Shown piece after piece: positions 13,095-25,789 of a stretch of DNA of 64,000 bases. The stretch is from Gracilinanus agilis. Lineage: Eukaryota. The notes below the pieces were generated by a model. It saw only the letters and a program-made list of their open reading frames with translations. It had not been told where the DNA came from and made no database searches. The stretch is taken from positions 487,165,942 to 487,229,941 of the forward strand of contig NC_058131.1 of assembly GCF_016433145.1 (NCBI RefSeq). Reading direction: 5' to 3'. The stretch's first letter is position 1; each line of letters opens with the position of its first letter. Both the position numbers and the translations under genes were made by a program.

Positions 13095-13445
13095 TTTGAC
13101 AAATCAGAGAAAAGTTAGGAAAGACATGATAACTGTTTTCCAATATACAAAAGGTCAAAATGTGGAAAGGGTATTGGATATTTTTCGGTTAGTTTTAGAA
13201 GAAGGAGCAAGGAGGAATGGAGAAAAGTTGACTTGGATTTTAGTTTCTACCTCAGAAAATAGTTTTCTACATCTTAGAACTGTCCTAAAGGAGAATAGGC
13301 TGTGTCAGAAGTCAATGAATTTCCTATAAAATAGTCCTTTCAGGAGTAGGTTGGATAATAATTCAGACATTTTATAGAATGGTGCCCTGTTTAGATGTGG
13401 CTAAATTTGGTTGAACTAGGGCTTTTCAACCTCAGAGATTCTCTG
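13095..13445 (+). mobile_element. L3/CR1 LINE 3' fragment
   Basis: ORF-track peptide RKVRKDMITVFQYTKG...GARRNGEKL resembles the CR1 ORF2 C-terminus (RRLRGDMITVFKYLKG...RTRxNGxKL). Confidence 0.82.
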
Positions 13446-15034
13446 TTTCTTTGATTTTCTTCTTCCTTCAATAATTTAGTAGGATTATCTGAGCTTAAAG
13501 TTATGTTATGTATACCATTAAAATGACACTTTCTCTGTGAAGACTTCCTTGATCTTCAAAATTTAAAGGGCATTTTGTGTTAAAAAAAAAAAACAAAAAA
13601 ACCAAAAAGTGTGGCCATGAGCAAGTCCCCTAATCTTTCAATAATCAAGGCAATTCTCTAAGTGGCATAGAGTCTGCTGATTTACATTGGAAAGAGGAGG
13701 TTGTTTTTTTTTTTTTTCACTTGAGGGTTCTCTATTCCAGAAAAATCAACCAGGCATTCAGTAAACATTTATTAAGCTCCTACTTTCTATTAAACACAAA
13801 TCCAGTCCCCATTCATATCACCCTATTAGACTATAACCTCCAAGTAGGTGCAGGGACTGGGTCTTTCATCTATTCCAGCGTAAAGTAGGACATAGAAAGT
13901 GCTTTAAGTATTTATTCAATTGAAAAGAAAGACAGACTGTATGTTATTATTCATCCCTATCACTCCACCAGATATTTATATTTTTGTCAATAATTTCCCT
14001 TAAAAATATGATTTTTTAAAAAAATCGAAAGCCAAATGATTGAAAGGTTATTCACTAAAAATGGTCTTTGATGAAATATTCCTTATTTAGAGAATCCAGA
14101 GCTATATTAATGAGATAACAAATGACCTGTGTTGGGTGGGTATAAGTGGATCTTGCCAGCTTAATAACATGTGTTCCCTATAGAGCGAATGCCTATGTCT
14201 TTTTGCATCCAAGTCTCCCTGCTTCATTGAAATCCACTGTTCAGCCATGTGCCTGCCCTGAGCACGTGGTCAGTCTATTATTCTTTTACCCAGGACAGCT
14301 GTCCCTTAGCCCTGGTATCTGGGCACTGAGGCGTTCGGGCACGTCATTCGAACCCTTCTTTACACAGCAGTGCCTGGGAAATGGCTGAACTGTACCAATG
14401 AGAAGATTACCATCAAGTGCCTCCTATTACTATAATAAAACTCTTGATGATCTCCTTTTCACCCCCTATAAGGAGAGGGTAGGGAAGAATAGGGCAGCAA
14501 TTAGTTTCTCTTTATGTAGCTAATACTAGGTGGGGAAAAAAAAAAAGATGACGTCCTATTAGTTTCTCGGTGTTTGTAATTTACAGTAAATCCTTTTGGA
14601 TTCATTTTTTAATTATGAGCCTTTCAGGCACAGTGGAAATTTATGTGCCAAGGCATCTGTTTTGTATCACAAGAATCCGCAGCTTTTACCAGTCATATTC
14701 TCTCCAGTTACTTGCCCGGGGAAGGAGAGGGTTCACCAGGTCAGGATGACCCTGAATCAGAAGTTTAGAGCTGCCCCCATTTCAGCAGTTTATACCCCGG
14801 AAGGAAGATGTTCTGGAAGTGGTTGTTTTGGAATTGTTCTGGAGGTTCACCTTTGCAGATGATGAGAAAAGAGGGTTTTAAATGAAGGAATGAAGTGAGG
14901 ATGGGGCAATATTCTTTCGGGTTTCAGATTTGGATAAGCAAAACAAGATAAAGGACCCAAGTTTGTGTGTTGTGATTATCTTGTATCTTATACAAGAAGA
15001 AACTAGGTAGATAATGATCCCCCTATCTTTGTTC

Positions 15035-16445
15035 TTCAGAAATCTTTTAGAATGCTATAAATCGTTCAGTAGTCTATGTGACTATGTATGTATGTGTACA
15101 TATATGATGTAAAAATTATATATATAATTATAAAATGTTTTATAATGTAATCCATTAAGAATCTTTTTGAACTTTATAAAATTTTCAGAGGTCTAAGTGA
15201 TTATATATAACTATCTAATATAAGATATATATGATAGTAAAATATATCTTAGAATATATTACATTCAGTCTTTTTGAATGTTATAAATTGTTCAATAATC
15301 TACCTGACTATATATGTATCGATATATAATATAAAGCTTAAGTTATAAAATATATTTTATAATTATTTATGTATTACATTCAGAATCTTTTTGAGTGTTA
15401 TAAATTGTTCAGTAGTCTATGTGACTATATATGTAAATATATCTGTGTAATATAAAACATTTATAATAGTAAACTATATTTTGTAACGTATTACATTCAG
15501 AATCTCTTTGAGTGTTATAAATTGTTCAATAGTCTATGTGACCATATATGTAAATATATCTGTGTAATATAAAACATATATAATTGTAAACTATATTTTG
15601 TAATGTATTACATTTAGAATCTCTTTTAGTGTTATAAATTGTTCGGTAGTCTATGTGACTATATATATATATAAATATATCCATATAATACAGAACATAT
15701 ATAATTATAAACTATATTTTGTAATGTATTACATTCAGAATCTCTTTGAATGTTATAAATTGTTCAGTAGTCTATATATCCATATAATACAAAACATATA
15801 TAATTGTAAACTATATTTTGTAATGTATTTCATTCAGAATCTTTTTGCATGCTATAAATTGTTCAATAGTCTATGTGACTATATATGTACATATGCATAT
15901 ATAAAACTTACATATATAGTTATAAAATATGTTTTATGATATAGTCCATTCAGAATCTTTTTGAATTTTAGAAAATTTTCAGAAGTCTGTGATTGTATAT
16001 GTATATATAACTATATAATACAAGACATATATGATTATAAAATATATCTCAGAATATATATTACATTCAGTCTTTTTGAATGTCATAAATTTTTCAATAG
16101 TCTACCTGACTGTATATATACATATATAATATAAGACTTACATTATAAAATATATTTTATAAGTATATATGTATTACATTCAGAATCTCTTTGAGTGCTG
16201 TAAATTGTTCAGTAGTCTATGTGACTATATACATAAATATGCCTATATAATATAAAACATATAATTGTAAAATATATTTTATAATATATTGCATTCAGAG
16301 TCTTTTTAAATGTTATCAATTGTTTAGTAGCCTAAATGACTATATATATATATGTACAAATATGATATAAAACTTACATATGTAATTTTAAATGTCATAT
16401 ATAATGTATTCCATTCAAATGCAAATGTTATGTATAATGTATTGC
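15035..16445. repeat. AT-rich tandem array, about 12 units of 99-121 bp, with higher-order structure
   Basis: Core cattcagaatct(c/t)tttga(g/a)tgttataaattgttca(g/a)tagtctatgtgac recurs at 15035, 15153, 15262, 15377, 15494, 15611, 15732, 15831, 15947, 16064, 16177 and 16292; a partial unit starts at 16412. Confidence 0.95.
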
Positions 16446-17829
16446 AGTCAAAAAAACCCCAGAAGACTAAAAGGTAGAGGATAAGGGACTCACTTTCCTT
16501 TTGTATAAAATATCACAGCATACAAACTGCCAACTAGGGCCCTTTATCAGGGATGCTTATCATTTTGGTTTTGACAACCAGCCACTCTCCACCAGGTAAT
16601 TCTGTGGTGGGTTTAGGTAACGACTTGTTTTGATTCATCTCCATCATGAATTGAGAGCTAGAATGGGTTCCTCTAGTTCATCCGCACACTGATAGGAATA
16701 CAAAGCATAAAAAAATGGAATTAACTTGCCCAAGACCAAAGAGAAGATGACAAATGACTGAGGCAGGATTTGAAATGAAGGCTTTTGGCTCCATGTCCAG
16801 TACTCTTCCTTCTTCTAAACCATATTGACTTCACTTGTGATCCTTTTTGATCTCTGACACATAAACAACCCATTCCTTAGGAGTATCTATGAATGCAGAA
16901 ATCACCACCCTGGACACGTTATCTTGGCTGTCTCTGACTTGGATATTTACAGCAGAACAACATCTTCCAGTTTGTTCCTCAGTGGGACTAGGTGGCAACT
17001 CTTAGATGATTATTCTGTGGATTTGGCCAGCGGCTGCATTGGATTTCATTCAGGAACTGTGTTTGGGGGGAATCTCAAAAGATGAACAGAGGAATGTTGG
17101 AACTCCCGAGTGTGGTGCCTGGGCCCACGTGGGGTATGAGAACAATAAAATGACAATGGTGTCCGCCAGGTCTAATTCCATTTCCCACAGATGACTGTGC
17201 ACTGCAGGCCAGTTATAATTCCTTCCATTGCTGTTTCTTCTTAGTGACAAAGTCCTCTTTGAGTTTCCTAGGCTTAGGAGCTTTTCCAGCTCATTAGACA
17301 CTTGTGTGGAGAGAGCCTGCTGGGGATTCTCTCAGCAGCTTCCAAGCTTAGATGTGCCATCTCGGCAGAGACAGAGGAGAACATGGTGGGAGGGAGTTGG
17401 AGCAGGGATTTGATGAATTGGAAGGCTTATGTAAGCCATGCTGCGGTTAGAGTATTGGCCAGGGCATTTGTGAGTGGTATATATGCTTTGGCCTCTGTGT
17501 ATCATTCCCAAGTTACTGCTATTGGAACCTATTAGCCCATTTTCCCCATCTACATGATATTTGTGATTTCTTGATATTAAATTTACACTTCCCTTTTGTG
17601 TTTCTTAAACTGGATACCCAGATATTGATTAATCTATCAGAGAAAAGGGATGCATAGAAAAGAGAAATAGTTCAATTTGAAAAGCCAATTTTTTTGGCAT
17701 GCCTACTGTGTGTCCAACATGGCTTTGGAAGCAATCCTAGACATTGTAAAAGTTTCTGATTATGGTATTTAAGGCTTTCCACAAACGGGCTCCAACCAGT
17801 CATCCACTCTTATCTCAATCAACACCGCT

Positions 17830-18250
17830 ATATCTTTTCTATTTCCTAGTCAAACTGAACTCTTTTTCTCTCATTCCTTTGTTTTTCATCTTCTTTCATC
17901 TCCATGCTTTTTTCCTTATATTCTTCCCCCCTGCTTAGAATGTCTTTTCTGCCCAACATCTCTCTTATTTTTAGTTTTTGAATGCTCTTCCTGCCTTCTA
18001 TGTCTAACTGTGAAATGTCCTCCTCCATGAAGTCTTCCATGACACCTTTGTTTCTCTCAGAAAGTAATCTACTTCTCTTCACTTTTATTGTAATGTTATG
18101 CCTTTCTCTTGATCTCTCCTTGACATCCACATTATTTCTGTCTTTATATATCCCTCAATTAGATTATAATCTCATTAGGATTGGTGTTATATATGTTTCT
18201 TTTCTTAGAATCTTATTAAGTGACTTACACATAGTGTCACTTAATAAATA
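17830..18250 (+). mobile_element. L2 3' fragment
   Basis: Pyrimidine-rich tract, cctcctccatgaagtcttccatga..., ttagattataatctcattagga..., cacatagtgtcacttaataaatatt. Confidence 0.7.
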
Positions 18251-18294
18251 TTTTCACCCACGTTATTCCAACCAACTCTCTAAGACTTTAAGTT

Positions 18295-18510
18295 TTGTTG
18301 TTGTTGTTCAGTCGTTTCTGTTGTGTCTGACTCTTCTCGACCCCATTTGAAGTTTTCTTGGAAAAGATATTGGAATAGATGACCATTTCATTCTGCAGCT
18401 CATTTTACAGATGAGGAAGCTGAGACAAACACAGTTAAGTGACTTGCCCAGAACAACATAGCTAGTAAGACCAGATTTGAATTCAGATCTTCCTGACTCT
18501 AGGTCCAAGT
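18295..18510 (-). mobile_element. Mar1-type SINE with RTE-like tail
   Basis: gttgttgttcagtcgtttc...gaccccatttgaagttttcttggaaaagat...cattttacagatgaggaagctgag. Confidence 0.85.
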
Positions 18511-19554
18511 CTCTATATGGAAAAATTTGGGGTTTTAGCCATTATTTTTATTCCCAGAATTTAATACAGTTCCTGACATATACAAAACACTAAATAAATG
18601 CCTGTTGACTGACTGCCTGCATCTCTTATGGTCCCTTCCAACTATCCACATTTATGAACCTATCTCTATTGGTAGAGAGAATTCCCACACTGGGACTATT
18701 TTATACTGGTAAAATCACAGATATAAATGATAAATATATGAATGGATAAATAAACAATGTTAGACAAATTTGAAGGATCATTTTTCACATTCAAAAGTAG
18801 TTGCGGTCATAAGGACTACAGTATGATGCTAGATGACTACTTTATCATGTCTTAGAGGACTTGGTTTATCTATGGAAAGCAGAACAATTATTTTCTGAAG
18901 ATAAGCAAATCTCCTTAATTTTCCCGATTGCCACATTGCCATGCATTAGTTCTCTACACAGTATTATAACAATATAATCTGTGTCTTTATAACTCTTTTA
19001 CGGTTAACTTCCAAAGTAAATAAAATGCCCTTCTAAGTCCAAAGCAGATTAACTATAGAAAATAGATTTGATAATTTCACATTGTGATATACATATATAA
19101 GATATGTATATATACATGCACATATGTTGCAAGGGGTCAGGGAATGAAACTTTCCTAGTTAGAATATTAGGAAAATATTTCAGAGACTTGATAAGACAAA
19201 ATCTTGGACCAGAGGGCTTAGGTTCCACATAAGTATTTATTGATCTGTGGTCAATCAAAGCACAGGTGAGTTTGTCTGGCATAATTTCAGTCTTGTCATG
19301 TACAACCTTATTTTATAAAAATCAGTGTCTATTACTTGAGGGATAGTTTACAAATTTTATGGAAAATGAAGTCATTTTGGAGATTTCTTATGCCACCAAT
19401 TGCCAAAGAATTTCAGAGAGATTGGTTATAATTGGGACATATGAAACTCAAAGAAATTTTGGATGATGGAATAATGGAAATTAAAAAGATGAAGAATGGT
19501 CCAGGTGAAAGATATTTATCATTGTTGGCCAAGAAAGTAAAAATCATTGTCACT

Positions 19555-20250
19555 AAAATCCTTTTTATTACTTAAAAATTTTAAATTACATGTAGAAACA
19601 TTTTTTGACAATTGCTTCCTGACATTTGGTGTTTCAGATTCTCTTCCTTCCTGCCTCTCACAACTCCTCAAGGAGGCAAATAGTCTTGATATTGGTTATA
19701 CAGTGCTTAAATGCAATATATATTTCCATATTCTTTTTGCCATAACATATGTATGATTACACATACAATAAAAACCTCATGAAGGAAATAAAATGAAAGA
19801 TGGCATGCTTTGATGTGCAATCAGATTCTGCCAGTTTCTTCTTTGGCTATGGATATAATTTTTTTTTTTTATCGTGTGTCCCCTGGACTTATTCTGATGC
19901 TTTGTTTAGCTAATAATGGTTTAGTCCTTTACATTTGCATACAGTAATTCTGTTACTGTACATACTGTTCTTTAAGTTTTGCTCACTTCACTTTGCATCA
20001 GTTCATACAAGTCTTTCCAGGTTTTTCTCAACTCATCCTATTCATAATTTTTTAAGGTGCAATAATATTCCATTTCAACCATTTACCACAACTTATTTAG
20101 CCATTCCCTGATCGATGAAAACACCTTCAATTTCCAATTCTTTGCCACTACAAAAACACCTGCTAAAAAGATTTTTTTCTAAAATAGGTCTTTTCCCTCT
20201 ATTTCTGATCTCTTTGGGATACAGACCACGTAGTGGTTTTGCTGACTGGC
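19555..20250 (-). mobile_element. L1 3' UTR fragment
   Basis: Reverse L1 3' UTR motifs (ggcatgctttgatgtgcaatcagattct..., ttctttgccactacaaaaaacacctgcta..., gtagtggttttgctg). Confidence 0.85.
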
Positions 20251-20319
20251 ATAGTACTTTTCACTCAGTGGGAACTCAATAAATATTTATATCTAATTCA
20301 TCAAGAATACTAGTAATTT

Positions 20320-20516
20320 TTTAAATACCTTTGCCATCCATCTTAGAATCAATACCATAAATTGGTTCTAAGGCAGAATTGTGGAAAGGACTAGGCAATG
20401 GCATTAAATAACTTGTCTAGGGCCACACATCTAGGGAGTGTCTGAGGCCAGCTATGAACCCAGGACTTCCCATCTCCAGGGTTGGCTCTCTGTCCACTCA
20501 GCCAACTAGTTGCCCC
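20320..20516 (-). mobile_element. SINE1_Mdo-type SINE
   Basis: ccatccatcttagaatcaatac...ttggttctaaggcagaa tail; ends ...ccaactagttgcccc. Confidence 0.85.
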
Positions 20517-20654
20517 TTACCAGTGACTCTTAAAAAAGCATATTAGTGTCTTGTTGGGAAATTCTTAGAATATTCAAACATACAGATTTGATGGATTTTG
20601 AAAAATTTGAATTATGACCACAACTCTGGCTTCTGGCCATTCTTTAAAAAGTAT

Positions 20655-20870
20655 TGTGGTCAGTTAAATGACACAATGGATAGAATTCTGGGCCTTGAGT
20701 CCAGAAGACTGAAGTTAAAATTTGGCCTTAGATATTTACTAGCTGAGTGACCCTGGGAAAGTCACTTAACCCTGTTTGCCTCACTTCATCTGTAAAATGA
20801 GATGGAGAAGGAAGTGGCAAACCACTCCAATATCTTTGACAAGAAAAGCCCAAATGGAATCACAAAAAGC
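20655..20870 (+). mobile_element. Mar1-type SINE with RTE-like tail
   Basis: Head and CORE followed by gagaaggaagtggcaaaccactccaatatctttgacaagaaaagcccaaatgg. Confidence 0.85.
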
Positions 20871-21009
20871 CATTGTTTATATTATATATAATGTAATATG
20901 TTATAATAATATACACATATTAAAAAATAAAGAGCATTGTATTCTTCTTGTTTATTTTATCATGTTTTGTTGATACTTTAAAAAAAACATTATTCTTATC
21001 TCCAAATAA

Positions 21010-21670
21010 CCCCTATCCTTGGGACTTTGCCTTTTAAGAAGAAAGAAAAATCTGATATTTTAACCATGATCTATAGTATATTTAGGATGCATGTCACATA
21101 TGTACTTCACTACCTCTCTATACAGAGGAAGAATATATATTTCATCATTACTCCTTTCGCATCAAAATTTGCCATTATTTTCGTCTGAGTTCTGATGTCT
21201 TTTACTGATAATTTTCTTTATATTTTTGCAATTACTTTGTGCAATATTCTCTTTGCTATTTTCTCCATTTTGTGTCACTACAATTATTCCAAAATTTCTT
21301 TGAATTATTCATATCTATCATTTCTCATGACACAATTATATTGCATTAACTATGTAGACCACAATTTGACTAATAATTTTTCAGCCAATTTGTATATATT
21401 TTGTTTACAGTTTTTTCCTATCATGAAAAATCCCATTACAAATATTTTGGTACATATGTATGATTTGGGTCTTTTTATGGTAGATGCTCAGTAATAGTAA
21501 AGCTGGGTCTTAGTCAACCTCATAATTTTTTTCTCAAATAATTCCATGTTACTTTTCCAAAAGGTTAAACCAATTTGCTACTCTACTAAGAGTATATTAG
21601 TGTGCCTGTCTTTCCACAGTCCTTCCAGCATCAACTAATTTAATCTTTTATCAGTTTTGCCAATTTTCTG
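21010..21670 (-). mobile_element. Old marsupial L1-like fragment
   Basis: T-rich reverse L1-like motifs (tttctcatgacacaattatattgcatt..., acaaatattttggtacatatg..., tgtgcctgtctttccacagtccttccagca). Confidence 0.65.
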
Positions 21671-22749
21671 TAATAAAAGGTCTTCTGTGAAAAAATTTTT
21701 AAAAGAAAAAAACATGAAGATACTTTATCAGTTCTCTTTACTCAAATGGGGGTCTTCTAAAGTTTCAAGCATGGACTTTACTGATATAAAAGAAGCCCAT
21801 TACTAGAGTGTCTAGCTTTGGTACTTTTGTATAAAGAGAGTGGCATAAGATTCCAATATTTTGTTGTTAAGGTATTTCAGTCAGTGCAACAGGAAACAGG
21901 GTAAATCCCAGATACTTTGAAGTGAATTCTATCCCTGATACAACTTAATGGTGAATAGGACGTGGCATCATTGGTTCAATGTAGTATATTATTGACCTAT
22001 GCCCTACGCTGTTGCCAGTTGTTACTCCAGGGGTAGTGTTCAGTGAAACCATGCAAGAAATAGCACATTGGCTCCCTGTAGCTAAAGATGATGGATTTTG
22101 TATGCCTGGCTGTATTTAGAGTGCACGAAGACTCAGGATATTGATATGGGAATTCATTAGCCACCCACTCGGTGGAATCATAAGCTTAGATCCTAGTGCT
22201 GCCACTACTCCTGCTAAGGTGAGTTACTGCATCTCTGAGAGATGGCAAAGGAAAGTGTAAGACTATATTAGCCTCAAAGATGAACTTGACAGCTAGTCCA
22301 GTAACTTCCCAGCCCGAGGATGACATTTTTGGAACCAAGAGTCACTTAAAGTCGTTTAGGTAAGCTTACCTTAATCCAACAGAGAGAGCTGTCCCTCACA
22401 CCAGTCAACCCATACTCATAATTATAGGAAATGGCTGTTATTAAAATTGCATTCTATTCCTAGATCTGTCATCTATGACCATAATTCCTTTTTTAGTCAA
22501 TTTATTTTTGTCTTCACCCTGTGAGAAATGAAATAAGGGGCTATAAGTTGTTCTCTGACAAAGAATGGGGATGTCTTTTAAGTAATTGTAAATATAACAA
22601 AGTGGTATGATGATCTCTTCTTTATTATCTGTTACCATCACAGTGTGTGGTCTTTTTTCCATGCTGAATAATGCCCCATAGCACCTAGTGTTTTGTTCCT
22701 TTTATAGTTTCTGACAAATGCAACCTTAAGTTTTGGGGGACCTTAGCAA

Positions 22750-23355
22750 GGGATAGTGATGTGAGTGACATTGCTTCCAGGAAAAGGGAGGTGATAATCC
22801 TGTTATATTCAGACCTCATTTGAAATACTGTATTTAGTTCTGGGAAATACAGTTTTAGAATGGTATTGATAAGCTCGAGCATGTCCCAGAGTAGGGCAAA
22901 CAGGATGATAAAGGGCAATGATGTCATGGGAAGATCAGTTGGAGGGTCTGGGAATGTGTCTCCTGGAGAAGAGAATATTCATGGGGGGGGGGGGGTTCAC
23001 AGGGGAAGGTGGAAATCCTAGTTGTCTTCAAGTATGTGATAAACTGCAACGTAGAAGAAGGATTCAATTAATTCTATTTGACTTGAGAAAAGAGATCCAG
23101 GAATAAGAGAGAGAAACTTGGGAAAGGAAAATTGAGACTTTAGGTCTGGAAAAATTCTTAACAATTAGAGCCATCCAAAAGTATAATGAACTAATCCAGC
23201 CATTGGTGAATTCCTGCTCCTTGTAGTTCTTCAAGGAGAGGTTGAATGAACAGTTGTTGAGTATGTTGTAAGGGGAATTCATTCTGTTTAAGTTAGGCTA
23301 GATTTTCACTGAGGTGCTTTCTAACTCTAAATCTTTGGGATTTTATGATTCTGTG
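22750..23355 (+). mobile_element. L3/CR1 LINE 3' ~600 bp, including the terminal ATTCTRTG-type motif
   Basis: REVIILLYS...RANRMIKG remnant resembles CR1 REVIVPLYSALVRPHLEY...RATRMVKG; ends ...tatgattctgtg. Confidence 0.88.
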
Positions 23356-23513
23356 CAACTTGGTGAGAGATCAAAAAGTTGTAGGAATATCCCGTGAATT
23401 TGGTGGATGACTGTTGAGAAATCAAAGCAGATCCCCAGAGAGAGTAGCATTTGTCAGACTGTGTGCTACCTAAAATCTTCTCATCACTTTCTCCATCAGG
23501 CATATATAAAAAA

Positions 23514-23544
<31 letters not shown>

Positions 23545-23549
23545 TATAT
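23514..23549. repeat. (AT)n microsatellite with one interruption
   Basis: Read directly. Confidence 0.92.
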
Positions 23550-25129
23550 GTTGGGATATAATCTCTTTCCTTCTCCTTCTTATCCTAATTCCCAAATATG
23601 AGAAACTTGGGAGAGTGGACAGTTCATAATTTGAAGTGATACTGCCATTTAAAGGAGAATAAAACATCAATAAGATATGATAGAAAAAGTATGAAACTAG
23701 AAGTCAAAAAATTTGGCCTCTAATGTCCTTTTTAATTTTATGTCTAGCATGATACGATAATCATATATCCTAGTATTTAGTGCCAGCTGTACTATTAACT
23801 TGCTATATGATCTCAAGTAGGTCCCTTAACATTTCTATGCTTCAGTTTCATTGACTCATAAACTCTTAATAGACAGCCCTCATTTTTACAGCTCTGCTTC
23901 ATTGGTTAGATTAAGAAACTGAGATGCAGAGAAATAAAGTAATTTGCCCCAGGTTATATAAATTATGAAAAGAAAAAAAGAGCATTTATTAAGTACCTAC
24001 TATGTGCCAGGCATTATGCTATATTTTTTCCTATTTGTTTTGGTTTTTTAATAATATTTCATTTGATCCTTATAACATCCCTGGGAGGTAGGTGCTAACA
24101 TGATCCCTATTTTACAGTAGAGGAAACTGAGGCAAATAGAGGTTAAGTGACTTGCTCAGGATCACATAGCTAGTAAGTATCTGAGGCTGGATTTGAGCTC
24201 GAACCTTCCTGACTTGAGGCCCATACTCTATCCACTGCTGGTTCCTAGATCATTCATGGGCTATCCCTTTATCTTTAATATGTAGGGGGTTGTCCATTTT
24301 TTCTGCTATAAAATTCCATGATCCTACCTCCTCTGGTGCCTGGATTACATCCTAGTGCTATACTTAGTTGAGCAGGGCTCTTTTTAGCTCTTTGCCAGTG
24401 ATCACAGTTCCATGAAGCATGAGATTTGATTACCCTTATCATTATCTTAGCTTGGATAGCTGTGTATGTTATTAGTGGTCATAAAATTATCCAGCCCTTT
24501 CATAAATGCACACCACAGTACTTATATCAGTGACCTCTTTTGGTAATGAACTCTACAGGTTGGCTGTACACAGCACAGAGAAGCGTTTCTTTAATGGCTG
24601 CTATAATTTGTCTTACAGCTCGGTCCATCTTGTTTTTTTCTTTGGTGGAAGCATTTATCTGAGGAAGTGAACCCTTCCTCACCCCCCCCCCCCCACTGTC
24701 AAGATAATGACTAATACTGCACTACCCATGTTGCTTTGGATCATTCCCTACTTTTGTGATCTTCTTAACTAGGGAGAGCTTATAATACTGGTGATACCAA
24801 CTTTCTAGGAACAGAGTAGGCTTGATATGCCTAAATGGACTATGGAAGCAGGTTTAAAGGAGATTGAAGCTAAAATTGTACTCAACTAAATTTCTATTGA
24901 GTCATAGAAATCTTTACAGGCTTACACATTCCTGTTTGTTTTCTAAGAACAGCACTGTGTATCCCTGGAAGACTGTTAAGCCTGTTTTTGTTTTTGTTTT
25001 TTTCATTTCAAACAGTTATCACAAAAGAGATCTCAAATTCCTTATTTGGTGTTGAAGTTCCAGAGATAGGGATTATGTTCTCACTTCAGTGGAAGTCTTT
25101 CAGGTTGGTCTCTAAATGGAGACTCAAAT

Positions 25130-25500
25130 ATAGTCTCACATTAAAATGACATCAACTTGCTTACCTCACCATCTAAAGGACACATCTCCTTGCCCCCTGC
25201 ATTTATACTGATTATTCCCCATTCCTGGAATGGTCTCTCTTCTTCTCTCACTTCTTAGCTTCCCTGGATTCCTTTAAGATAAGTCAAAAAATTTCTTCTT
25301 CTATTGGAGAACATTCATGTTCACTCCATACTTCTATCCCACCTTTTGATATCACTTTCTATTGTGTTTGTATATACATGTAATTTACTTGTCTCTTCTT
25401 TAGCACGTGAGCTTGAGGGCAAAAAGCAGTATTTTGTTTCTCTTATTTAAATCCCTGATGTTTTATATTGTAGCAAGCACTTAATAGATGTTGGTCGACT
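25130..25500 (+). mobile_element. L2 3' fragment
   Basis: cccattcctggaatggtctctct...ttagcacgtgagcttgagggc...agcaagcacttaatagatg. Confidence 0.7.
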
Positions 25501-25789
25501 CACTTAGAGGATCACCTTCCATCCATTCCAGGAATTGTTAGCCTTTTTTGTGTATCACCTTACTTTGACAGTATAGTGAAACATATAGTCTCCTCATAAT
25601 TAATTTATTATCATTTTAATACTACGTGGCAGAGTAGATAAAGTGCCAGATATGAGTCAGGAAGATTCATTTTCCTGAGTTCAAATCTGACCTCACACAC
25701 TCACCAGCTGTGTGACCCTGTGCAAGTCATTTAATCCTACTTGCCTCAGTTTCCTCCTCTGTCAAACATCAAACAGCAATAGCAAAATT

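Noticed and set aside
15035-16445. CRISPR-like look of the array (conserved core alternating with variable segments)
   Set aside because: The variable segments are homologous TA-rich sequence rather than unique spacers, the cores are degenerate, there are no cas genes and the DNA is mammalian. It is a tandem repeat.
17982-18350. Longest ORF in the track (122 aa) and similar hydrophobic ORFs (30054, 33479, 41507)
   Set aside because: They overlap L2, Mar1 or L1 relics or low-complexity sequence and show no protein family similarity I recognise.
19340-19560. Purine-rich, protein-looking frame (MKSFWRFLMPP...LKEILDDGIMEIKK)
   Set aside because: It has an internal stop and no family I recognise. 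A BLASTX search would be needed before calling it a pseudogene.
22358-22371. 14-bp perfect palindrome aggtaagcttacct
   Set aside because: About four palindromes of this length are expected by chance in 64 kb (64000/4^7).
22983-24694. G13 run (22983-22995) and C13 run (24682-24694) as G-quadruplex elements or a pairing partner set
   Set aside because: These are isolated homopolymers, one inside an L3 relic, with no flanking complementarity. Most likely slippage products.
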